Shown: positions 9,975-18,077 of the stretch, in pieces
Layout of the letters: every line of letters begins with the position of its first letter
How positions within the stretch are numbered: the stretch's first letter is position 1
NCBI GenBank assembly: GCA_015231815.1
Contig: JADGAW010000002.1
Coordinates: 1 to 42,992 of the forward strand
DNA from: Nitrospinota bacterium
Lineage (GTDB): Bacteria; Nitrospinota_A; JADGAW01
Reading direction: 5' to 3'
DNA length: 42,992 nucleotides
Program-made: the position numbers and the translations under genes
Notes under the pieces: generated by a model
Database searches by the model: none
Told to the model about the DNA's origin: nothing
Seen by the model: only the letters and a program-made list of their open reading frames with translations

Positions 9975-11402
9975 TTACAGATTATTTCTTTTATCGATAC
10001 TTTTTGTAACCCTCATCTTTTCTTTGAAAAGAATATATATGGTTACACACGACAAAATAAAATACCATATTGCTTGAAGTGAATATTCTGGGGTTTGATG
10101 TACATGGTTGGGGAAGATGTAAGCTAAATCAAGCCAACTCCAGAAAGGATGGGTAGCATCCATTTTAGGCCACATATAATTGGGTTCACCAAGACAATAA
10201 AGAATCATAAATCCCTGAAAGAGCAAAATGAATTGAATAAATTTATTTCGATAATATTCTACAAGAATTAACCCGATTCCAATAAAAAACAAAGGAAGTA
10301 TTGGCACAAAATAACGTGAAATTGCTGCGAACCAACCCATCCAGTCTTCGTATGATTGAATTACAAAATAATAAGCAAAAAAGAAGGGAAAAACTGTCAA
10401 AAGAATTAATTTGTTACTTCTGAATGCATAGATAGAAGAGAAAATTAAAAGATAAAACGGAGAATAGGTCATGATGCCATTTTCCCGATCAATCAAAAAC
10501 GCAAGAGGTTTTTGAAAATAGGTAAGGTGAACAGTTTCAGCAGAACCCCAGGAAAGAAACCAAAAAAGGCTTTCGTACATATACATATTATGAAAGCACC
10601 ATAAGATTGAAGAGCAGGATGTAACCAAAAGCAAAAGACACCGCCCTCTGTAGGAAAAACAAAAATAAGCAGCAAACCATAAACCCAATAAAAGAAAAAC
10701 ATATTTAAAATGTAGCCAGAGGAGAAAAGAGACCATACAGGAAAAAACTATTTCATCTTTCTGATTTTTCTCTTGATTGATAATGACATATAAGCAATAA
10801 ACAACAATAAATGTCGCTGGAGCCTCAGTCATAAATGTCATGAAAATTGCCGGAAGCGGGGGGGAATATATGAAAAGAAGCCCTAAAAAGTAGCTTATTT
10901 TTTTACCAACACCCAGTACAATAAAGGTTCTCGCAAGATATATTACCGTCAGTGCTCCAAGGAAAATGGTAAACAAAGCAAGCATTCTGTTCAAAATAGT
11001 ATAAACATCAATTCTGAGGGATTTAAATGCTCTCTCTGGCAAATAAATTTGTGCGAACCTTGCCGTATAGTAAGAGACAGCAAACCATGGTAAAGAAATT
11101 ATGGACATTCCCGGTAAATGCGATGAATGACCGTCGTGTACATCCCAGTTCCAGGGGCTGTATGTATCCAGCTTACCGTTATAAATAATTTTACTGGGGT
11201 CGTTAATATTATTTCTTAAGTCAAGGTCAAAGTCGGTCATTATGCTGTAACTGATTTGCATGTAATAAGGCGTATCCCCGTACTTGTATTTATCGCATTT
11301 TGAAAGAAGTATAAAGAATGAAATTAAGACAAAGGCGATAATTATTTTTTCAACCTGTTCTTCTTTTAAGCGGGAAATTCTTTCATGCATTTTGGAAACC
11401 AT
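9975..11402 (-). CDS. Putative GT-C-fold membrane glycosyltransferase
   Basis: Acidic first loop GDTPYYMQISYSIMTDFDLDLRN, HLPGMSIISLP, MTEAPA, DRENGIMTYSP, SRYFVPILP; many TM segments. Confidence 0.65.
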   Translation of the reverse strand: MVSKMHERISRLKEEQVEKIIIAFVLISFFILLSKCDKYKYGDTPYYMQISYSIMTDFDLDLRNNINDPSKIIYNGKLDTYSPWNWDVHDGHSSHLPGMSIISLPWFAVSYYTARFAQIYLPERAFKSLRIDVYTILNRMLALFTIFLGALTVIYLARTFIVLGVGKKISYFLGLLFIYSPPLPAIFMTFMTEAPATFIVVYCLYVIINQEKNQKDEIVFSCMVSFLLWLHFKYVFLLLGLWFAAYFCFSYRGRCLLLLVTSCSSILWCFHNMYMYESLFWFLSWGSAETVHLTYFQKPLAFLIDRENGIMTYSPFYLLIFSSIYAFRSNKLILLTVFPFFFAYYFVIQSYEDWMGWFAAISRYFVPILPLFFIGIGLILVEYYRNKFIQFILLFQGFMILYCLGEPNYMWPKMDATHPFWSWLDLAYIFPNHVHQTPEYSLQAIWYFILSCVTIYILFKEKMRVTKSIDKRNNL

Positions 11403-11574
11403 TGTATGTACAATTCAGGTATTACAAATAGGTGAATTTATCCATTTTATAAGGATATTTATGAAATGTTACTTCAAAAAAGTAATGTCCTTATTTGAAT
11501 TTTGTTTTAATAAAATATACAAAGGAAATAAAGTAACGGTTGTTGGTTATAAATATCGTTAGGTAAAATACCTC

Positions 11575-12042
11575 ATGGAAAAGTATAAAACAATAAGTTC
11601 TGAAGAAACAATTGAGTTTGGAGGAAAAATTGGCAGGAAATTTTCTGAAACCAGACTTTTTTTAATATCAGGTGACTATGGGGTAGGGAAAACCACCTTT
11701 ATTAAAGGACTTGTTGCTGGTATCTTTCAGCCGGAACGTGATGACGTTAAGCAAGAAATTATCGATTCGGTAAAAAGTCCCAGCTTTACTCTGGTCAATG
11801 AATATGACTTTGCCGAAATGACCGTTTATCATTCGGACTTTTACCGGCTAAATTCTGTTGACGACATTGATTTCATAGATTTTGAAGAAATTCTTCAGCA
11901 AAAAAACAAGCGAGTAATTATCGAATGGTTTGATAAAATCTCTTCTCTAAAAGAACTCAGGAAGGACTTTCAGCATCTTGTCATACAACTCCATTATGAC
12001 GGTGAGACAGAAAGAATCTTTTCTCTTGAGCACAACTCATAA
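11575..12042 (+). CDS. tsaE: tRNA threonylcarbamoyladenosine biosynthesis ATPase TsaE
   Basis: GDYGVGKTTF Walker A, VKSPSFTLVNEY, YHSDFYRL, IIEW. Confidence 0.95.
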   Translation: MEKYKTISSEETIEFGGKIGRKFSETRLFLISGDYGVGKTTFIKGLVAGIFQPERDDVKQEIIDSVKSPSFTLVNEYDFAEMTVYHSDFYRLNSVDDIDFIDFEEILQQKNKRVIIEWFDKISSLKELRKDFQHLVIQLHYDGETERIFSLEHNS

Positions 12043-12059
12043 ACATAAATACAAAAAAA

Positions 12060-12884
12060 ATGAAAATAGCCTTCACCAAAATGCACGGCAACGGCAATGA
12101 TTTTGTTGTCATAGATAACCGAAAACAATTACCTGTTGATTGGGATAAACATGCTGAATTTATCTGTGACAGAAGGTTTGGAATAGGATGTGACCAACTT
12201 TTGTTAATAGAAAATTCCACCAGCAATAATACAAAAATGAGAATTTATAATGCTGATGGTTCAGAGGTTGAAATGTGCGGCAACGGTATCAGATGCTTTG
12301 CTAAATATGTTTATGAGAGGGGTATTATTTCATCTAGAACAATGAAAGTAGAAACCCTTGCAGGGACGATTATTCCTGAAGTAATGGACGACGGAACAAT
12401 TAAAGTCGATATGGGAAAAGCAATTTTAAACGGACTGAATATTCCAACCACCATTAATAAAGAAAAGGTTATTCAGGAACCAATTGCCATTGACGGACAG
12501 CAACTCTCTTTTACAGCAGTTTCCATGGGTAATCCTCATGCGGTTTTTTTTGTTGATGATGTTAAAAATGTTCCTTTGACAATATGGGGGCCAGAAGTGG
12601 AAAATCACAAATTTTTTCCAAAGAGAATTAATGTTGAATTCATTGAGGTTATTTCCCGCAATGAAGTAAATATGAGAGTCTGGGAGCGTGGAGCTTCAGA
12701 AACATTGGCCTGTGGTACAGGTGCCTGTGCTTCTGTTGTTGCCTCTTTTCTGAACGACAAAACAGACAGAAATGTCTTGGTACACTTAAAAGGTGGTGAT
12801 CTTGAAATCTCTTATCTTGAAGATGGAACTGTCTTTATGACTGGTGGAGCAACAGAGGTTTTTGACGGGGAGATAGAACTCTAA
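12060..12884 (+). CDS. dapF: Diaminopimelate epimerase
   Basis: FTKMHGNGNDF, NADGSEVEMCGNG, SMGNPH, ERGASETLACGTGACA. Confidence 0.98.
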   Translation: MKIAFTKMHGNGNDFVVIDNRKQLPVDWDKHAEFICDRRFGIGCDQLLLIENSTSNNTKMRIYNADGSEVEMCGNGIRCFAKYVYERGIISSRTMKVETLAGTIIPEVMDDGTIKVDMGKAILNGLNIPTTINKEKVIQEPIAIDGQQLSFTAVSMGNPHAVFFVDDVKNVPLTIWGPEVENHKFFPKRINVEFIEVISRNEVNMRVWERGASETLACGTGACASVVASFLNDKTDRNVLVHLKGGDLEISYLEDGTVFMTGGATEVFDGEIEL

Positions 12885-12984
12885 TCATTGCAGTAAACAA
12901 AGCATGTATTGATACTTCAAAGGTTGGTCACAAAAAGAAGTTTGTAGTAAAAAAACGTACTTTTATTTGAACATACCCAGACAA

Positions 12985-13011
12985 GCTTATTTTAGTCGAT
13001 GCTGAATAAGC
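12985..13011 (+). terminator. Possible terminator hairpin after dapF
   Basis: GCTTATT (12985-12991) / AATAAGC (13005-13011) followed by a T-rich tract. Confidence 0.3.
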
Positions 13012-13105
13012 CTTTAATTCTTTAATTTATAGAGAGTTACATTCAGAAAACATCTTTATAAATTGCAAGAAAACCTCCATTGTCTATAGAAACCTTGTAA
13101 TATAT

Positions 13106-13545
13106 TTTCATTTTCTTTTAAAAGAAAACGAAACAAAAGACAATTTTTCAGGAAGAAAAATTGGACAACCTTGTTGCCCTGAGGGTGAGGGTCATGGATG
13201 ACCCGAATCAAACTTCCCTCTGCTTTTGCTCAAAGTCACGTTTCCTTTGAAAATATCTTTTCTATTGGTTTGTGAACTCACAAAAAGCGTTCGGACACTA
13301 CAAACCAAAACATAGAAAAGGAATATTTTCAAGATAAACGTAGCAAAAGAATGAGGGTTATAAAAGAAATGAGAATGGTTTGTTCCTGAAAAACGAGTTT
13401 TTCAGGATCGACTATTTTAGGACTTTCAGCCAAGGAAAAAAAAGTAAATTGAAGAAAGGGAAGGGCGATCAGGTTTTCAAAAACGTCATTTAAAAGAAGA
13501 TATTGAAAAGCGAAAAGCCTTTCGAAAGCTTTTTTCTGAAAAGCT
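13106..13545. other. Densely structured intergenic element (nested inverted repeats; candidate ncRNA or non-autonomous mobile repeat)
   Basis: Palindrome 13111-13128; four tandem hairpins 13141-13204; six-helix rod 13216-13357; 10 bp hairpin 13384-13407; overlapping hairpins 13513-13545. Confidence 0.7.
13513..13545. terminator. Overlapping hairpins, probable terminator of the MNT-HEPN unit
   Basis: AAAAGC...GCTTTT (13513-13533) and AGCTTTT-TTCTG-AAAAGCT (13527-13545), ~35 bp past the HEPN stop. Confidence 0.4.
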
Positions 13546-13579
13546 CCTCTAATCAAAATTATGACAAAATTTGTGTTTG

Positions 13580-13983
13580 TTACTTCTTGAGACGTTTTTG
13601 TACAAATCCCCCTACAGAGTCTAAAAACACATGCATTGCCGCAAGGTCTTCTTTCACTTCTTCCTTATCAAAAACGATGAAGTCATCGTAGTCGCCTTCC
13701 TGTCTTTTTTCAAAGGCCCGGTTGTATATCTTGTAATATTTTTGTTCAATCAGACCTTTTGAGACAAACTCCTTATTGAACCACCCTTTGAGAACTGAAT
13801 GCTTTGATGTGGTGAATTCGTTATGGGCGGATAATGCGCTCACCATATAAAAGATAGCGTAATAAATTCTGTTCTCAGCGAGGTTTAAGCTTCCTTGAGT
13901 ATAAGCTTTTCTGCTTCTTTTGCGGTTTCCAGAGACCTTTCTATACGATACTTTGCAATATCTGCGTTATCACCCAGCGGCAT
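13580..13983 (-). pseudogene. HEPN domain protein, frameshifted near 13903
   Basis: ATG 13983 gives MPLGDNADIAKYRIERSLETAKEAEKL then TAA at 13887-13885. The -1 frame continues YTQGSLNLAENRIYYAIFYMVSAL...SKHS...RQEGDY. The 404 nt span is one base short of a 134 aa ORF. Confidence 0.8.
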
Positions 13984-14290
13984 AAAACACACCCTCATTT
14001 AAAACTGAATTGCGAAAAGGAGTCCAAACATTCTTCAACTCTTTTTCATCGTAGGCTTTCCCATCAATAACGATGTCCTCCTTAACTTCAAAGACAGCGA
14101 GAATATCATAGAGCTTGTTTTTCTCTCTCCAGTCAGGTTTATGACCAAGGGCGAAGACAAAATCATAATCTGTGTACTGATGAACAGCTTTCCCCTTCAT
14201 CCGGGAGCCGATGAAATAGGTACCTTTGAGGTCGGGAAACTCTTTTTTAATGGCTCGGTTTATTGATTGTATAAGGTCTATATCAGTCAT
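13970..14290 (-). CDS. Minimal nucleotidyltransferase (MNT), HEPN partner
   Basis: FIGSRMKG...TDYDF (GS-x11-DxD), 106 aa from ATG 14290, overlapping the HEPN start. Confidence 0.85.
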   Translation of the reverse strand: MTDIDLIQSINRAIKKEFPDLKGTYFIGSRMKGKAVHQYTDYDFVFALGHKPDWREKNKLYDILAVFEVKEDIVIDGKAYDEKELKNVWTPFRNSVLNEGVFYAAG

Positions 14291-14415
14291 TTTTATATTG
14301 GTTGTGTTATCGCATCTATTATACCCAAACTCTTGGTTACAATTTCTTATCAATATTTTTCTTTGAGCGTTTTTTTTTGTTTCCTTGTTTCAAGTATCTT
14401 GTTAATTTCCGTCAT

Positions 14416-15126
14416 TCATTTCTGTGTTTTGTTTTGGGAGTGGAATAGAGCGGCAAAGTCTTCTTCAATTCCGAAGATTATAAGCCTGTACTTTTCTTCC
14501 CATCTTGTATATGTTTGACTCCATAATGCTTGCCTGTTTTGTAGAGTTCTAAATAATTTCCACAATTCTTTTTCCAAAAGTTTATAGTTTAAAAGTTTTG
14601 GCCAACAGAAAAAGATTATGAGGGCATCAACCATGCAAGAAAAAAAGTGCAATAAGGTCATATCATTATTTTGATAATCGGAAAAACGCCATTGGAGGAA
14701 AATAAGGGTGAAAAAAGGAAGGAAATAATAGGCTAACCATATAAGAAGCATTAACATTGACCGGGTAAAAGTGAATTTTCTTTCTTCATAAATCCAGTTG
14801 TAAAGAAAGGGGTCGAGGGTCGGGTCTTCCTGTTGATATTCGTACCATTTATGTAGTTTTTTTGCATGGATGATGAGGTTGTAGAGGAGGTTGTAATGGA
14901 AAACCAACACAAGGATTGGTGAGGCTATGTAAAAGGCGAATAGGTTTATTTCAACGTTAAGTAAGGGAAGCTTTACTCCACTGTTTGGGACAAGTAGCAT
15001 ATAGTCGGTGGTGGAGGTGATGATAATCAACACGTAAAACATTGTCGGGAGGAAGAAAAGAAGGAGGTTGCGGTTGATTGCAGAGGAACGACCAAGAGCC
15101 TCCTTTAACTCAATTCTTTCTTTCAT
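14416..15126 (-). CDS. Membrane protein resembling the N-terminal TM module of pentapeptide-repeat proteins; probably truncated
   Basis: About 4 TM segments; STTDYMLL...VKLPLLNVEINLFAFYIASP...HYNLL and FLQWRF recalled from that family. No pentapeptide repeats follow. Confidence 0.5.
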   Translation of the reverse strand: MKERIELKEALGRSSAINRNLLLFFLPTMFYVLIIITSTTDYMLLVPNSGVKLPLLNVEINLFAFYIASPILVLVFHYNLLYNLIIHAKKLHKWYEYQQEDPTLDPFLYNWIYEERKFTFTRSMLMLLIWLAYYFLPFFTLIFLQWRFSDYQNNDMTLLHFFSCMVDALIIFFCWPKLLNYKLLEKELWKLFRTLQNRQALWSQTYTRWEEKYRLIIFGIEEDFAALFHSQNKTQK

Positions 15127-15154
15127 TGCATCAATTTTTAATTATAATTAATAT

Positions 15155-15218
15155 GTGTGTGTTCATTAAAAGGGTTTGTAAGACTATTAGGGTGTGTTAA
15201 CTTAATTGGGTCTGTTAA
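15155..15218. repeat. Four degenerate direct repeats with 17-18 bp period (GGGTnTGTTAA)
   Basis: GTGTGTGTTCA 15155, GGGTTTGTAAG 15172, GGGTGTGTTAA 15190, GGGTCTGTTAA 15208. Confidence 0.5.
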
Positions 15219-15467
15219 TATTATTATTCTGTATTCTAAATGAAGCAAACCATGTTTTTAATTTTTCTTTCTATCTGATGATTAATGTTTTCAGATATAT
15301 TGGTGTTAGTTGCTAAGAAAAAGCATTTCCATTAGCAAACTTTGCCAGAAGCACTAGATTTTTTATAAATTGGATGGCTTAGTTCTAAGTGGGTGGAATC
15401 TATTATTTTTGCATTAAGTGTTTTCATCTTTTTTCTCTTTATTGCGTGAATAATGAGTTAGTTAGAT

Positions 15468-16376
15468 CTAATTTTTAAATAAATGTTTGAGGGTTATTTC
15501 GTTACCCTTTTTATTGAAGTGTATGTCGTCCATATAGGAGTTGGCAATCATAAGACCTCTTCCGTAACATTTTTCAAGGTCAACTTCCCCGCTTTTAATG
15601 TGAGCCATTTTTTCCTTATGGTTAAATCCTTTTCCTTCGTCTCTTACCGTTAGTGTTACTCCTGTTTGCGATCGTAAATAAGAGATGAAAATTTTCTTTG
15701 AATTATATGCAGGGTCATTGGCTCTTTCTTCAATCATTTTCTCGAACCGGTCGAATCCTTCAGAGCCATATGTTTCCCGCAAATGTGATGGAACCTCAAG
15801 GTTTCCATGTTCAAGTGCATTTTGAATAACTTCCGTAATTGCAATAGCAAGCTTAAACTTTAAACCATCAATTTCGTAGATTGTTGTAAATTGCTTTACA
15901 AGATAGTTCACAACACTAAATAAGTTATCTTTGTCCAAAAGCGTTGAAGTGAGGAACTCCATTTCATGTACTTCATGAATAATATGTTGTAATGCAAGGT
16001 CCCTGTCACGCCGCTCTTCATAGAGTTTTTTTAACTGCTCAACTCTATTAATTAACTCGGTTGGATTTACCGGCTTAAGAATAAAACCAACAGCACCTTC
16101 GTTGAGAGCTGTTACTGCAGAATCAAAGTCACTATGACCGGTAATAAAAATAATGGGAAGTTCAGGTCTTATTTCTTTTATTGAACTCAGGAAGTCAAAG
16201 CCAGAGAAATCTGGCATAAAAATATCGCAGAGAACAACAAAAAACTCCTCTTTCTTTGCACGTTTTATGGCACTTTTTCCATGAAGAGATATTTCTGATT
16301 CAAAACCATTTGCTTCCAAAAGGTCTGAAATTGCAGTGGCACTATTCAAATAGTCATCAACAATAAGAACTTTCAT
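15468..16376 (-). CDS. Response regulator: receiver fused to an RsbW/SpoIIAB-like HATPase domain
   Basis: LIVDD, CDIFMP, ITGH, KP receiver motifs; EVIQNALEHGN (N box), VRDEGKGF (G1), GRGL (G2), GNEITL. Confidence 0.88.
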   Translation of the reverse strand: MKVLIVDDYLNSATAISDLLEANGFESEISLHGKSAIKRAKKEEFFVVLCDIFMPDFSGFDFLSSIKEIRPELPIIFITGHSDFDSAVTALNEGAVGFILKPVNPTELINRVEQLKKLYEERRDRDLALQHIIHEVHEMEFLTSTLLDKDNLFSVVNYLVKQFTTIYEIDGLKFKLAIAITEVIQNALEHGNLEVPSHLRETYGSEGFDRFEKMIEERANDPAYNSKKIFISYLRSQTGVTLTVRDEGKGFNHKEKMAHIKSGEVDLEKCYGRGLMIANSYMDDIHFNKKGNEITLKHLFKN

Positions 16377-16435
16377 GGGTTTAATTTAAAGGTGATAATG
16401 AATAGATTATAGTTTATGAGATTAAAATAATAAAA

Positions 16436-17428
16436 TTAATGCTCATAGCCCTTGATTGGAATTGAATAACTTTTTGTTTTGCGTCCTTTAAGGTAAATTT
16501 TGTTTCCTTCAATAATTTTTCCTATTTTCGTTACTGTTATTCCTGCAATTTTTTCTGGAAGTTGAGTGCTGTTCTTGTTTGCTATGGTGAAAATAAGGTT
16601 GTAATCATCACCTCCGAATAAAAATTGCTCCAAGGGAGATATATTATTTTCAAGACAAAAATCCTTTAGCTCCTGAGAAAGAGGGAGCTTATCTTCTTCT
16701 AAAATTGCTCCTGCCTTACTTGCCTGACAAATTTTCCCCAAATCTGAAAGAAAACCGTCACTGCAATCAATTCCGCAGCAGGAAAGATTTTGCTCAACCA
16801 GAAAGCGTCCAAGACCAATATGAACTGGTGGATAAAAAAAAGATTCAATAAGAGATGATTCATTCTTTGAGTATATTGTGTTGGGAAATTTCTTCTTTTT
16901 TTGTTGTAATATTTTCAGACCTGCCGAAGCGTTTCCAGAACATTGAGTCATATAGATCACATCTCCTGTCTGGGCTCTATTCCTGTACAAGCCTTTTTCT
17001 TCTTCTATTTCCCCGGTAATCGTTAAGGTAAATTGAGGAACCCCGTCATAACGAATAATATTACCACCGGAGATTACCGTTTTATGAACATTCATAACGT
17101 CTGTAACCCCTTTGAAATAGTCCATAAGGTTTTTTGAAGAAAAGCTATAGGGGAAGTGAAGTGAGCTGAAATAATAACGGGGAATTGCTCCCATTGCTGC
17201 AATATCTGATATTGCAGATGAAGCATTTCGATACCCCACCTGTTGCCAGGTTGAACAGCTCGTGGGGAAATGTACATCAGCGCAAAAGGTGTCGGTGGTA
17301 ATTACCTGATTAAAGCCTTGAGTAGGTTTAAAAACAGCGCAGTCATCACCAATTCCTTTTATGAGGGATGGTGTTTTCTGAGAGAACTCCGCTATAATTT
17401 TATCGATTATTTTTCTTTCGTCTCTCAT
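16436..17428 (-). CDS. thiL: Thiamine-monophosphate kinase
   Basis: GIGDDCAV, ITTD, ISDIAAMGA, IDCSDG, GGDDYNLIFT, C-terminal GYEH. Confidence 0.95.
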   Translation of the reverse strand: MRDERKIIDKIIAEFSQKTPSLIKGIGDDCAVFKPTQGFNQVITTDTFCADVHFPTSCSTWQQVGYRNASSAISDIAAMGAIPRYYFSSLHFPYSFSSKNLMDYFKGVTDVMNVHKTVISGGNIIRYDGVPQFTLTITGEIEEEKGLYRNRAQTGDVIYMTQCSGNASAGLKILQQKKKKFPNTIYSKNESSLIESFFYPPVHIGLGRFLVEQNLSCCGIDCSDGFLSDLGKICQASKAGAILEEDKLPLSQELKDFCLENNISPLEQFLFGGDDYNLIFTIANKNSTQLPEKIAGITVTKIGKIIEGNKIYLKGRKTKSYSIPIKGYEH

Positions 17429-17988
17429 TGAAGAGGAATTTTTATTATTGGGGTATAGGCTCTTCCCTCAGGAACTGCAATCGACTCAAAGAGGGTAAGC
17501 TCCGTTGTGATTGTTTTTCCAAAGGGGAGGGAACTGTTTTGGTTTATTATTCTCTTGAATGGCTTATTGTCAAACTTTCTGGATTTTAACCGTGAAATGG
17601 TTATATGGGGGGTAAATTTTCTGACCTCCTGCTCTTTTTCAATATTTAAAAGAGAATCCACCTTGTCCCTTAAACGCTTTACCTTCTCATATCCTTCATT
17701 TATATCAATCCATAGCACAGGACTTCTTCTGTTTTTTTCAAAGAACTTAAGTCCGTACAGCGACATCTCAAATTGTTTTTCTTCTGAGAGAGGCGCAAGT
17801 TTTTCCTTAAGAGTTGCAAGTTGCTTTTGCTTTAATGAACCAAACCAGCGAAGAGTTAAGTGCAGGTTTTCCGGTGGAATGAAGTTAATGTAATGTATAG
17901 GAAGGTTTTGTATTTCCCTGAACACTTTTGCCTTAAAGGACGGAGTAAAATCGATTGCAAGAAAAACCCTTTTACATTGAGTATTCAA
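17425..17988 (-). CDS. thpR: RNA 2',3'-cyclic phosphodiesterase (2H family)
   Basis: RVFLAI, two HxT motifs (NLHLTL, FTPHITI), LFES...Y. TTG start; 4 nt overlap with thiL. Confidence 0.92.
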   Translation of the reverse strand: MNTQCKRVFLAIDFTPSFKAKVFREIQNLPIHYINFIPPENLHLTLRWFGSLKQKQLATLKEKLAPLSEEKQFEMSLYGLKFFEKNRRSPVLWIDINEGYEKVKRLRDKVDSLLNIEKEQEVRKFTPHITISRLKSRKFDNKPFKRIINQNSSLPFGKTITTELTLFESIAVPEGRAYTPIIKIPLQ

Positions 17989-18077
17989 TCTATGATAATT
18001 GAGCTTTTTTGAGAAAATTTTGATTAATCAATAGCTTGAATTGAACAAAAATTGTTTAACAGTATCAAGGCAGAAAC

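Noticed and set aside
13141-13223. tRNA or tRNA-derived att site
   Set aside because: No cloverleaf, no GGTTCGA T-arm and no CCA end; only a loose 3'-tail resemblance, and no integrase in the window.
13216-13357. 6S RNA (ssrS) call for the long hairpin
   Set aside because: It is shorter than a typical 6S RNA, has no large two-sided central bubble and lacks the usual gene context. Left as an unassigned structure pending an Rfam search.
13329-13556. 75 aa minus-strand ORF in the structured region
   Set aside because: No recognisable motif, non-ATG start, and it overlaps inverted repeats; probably spurious.
15155-15218. CRISPR array
   Set aside because: Units of ~11 bp with ~7 bp spacers, degenerate, and no cas genes.
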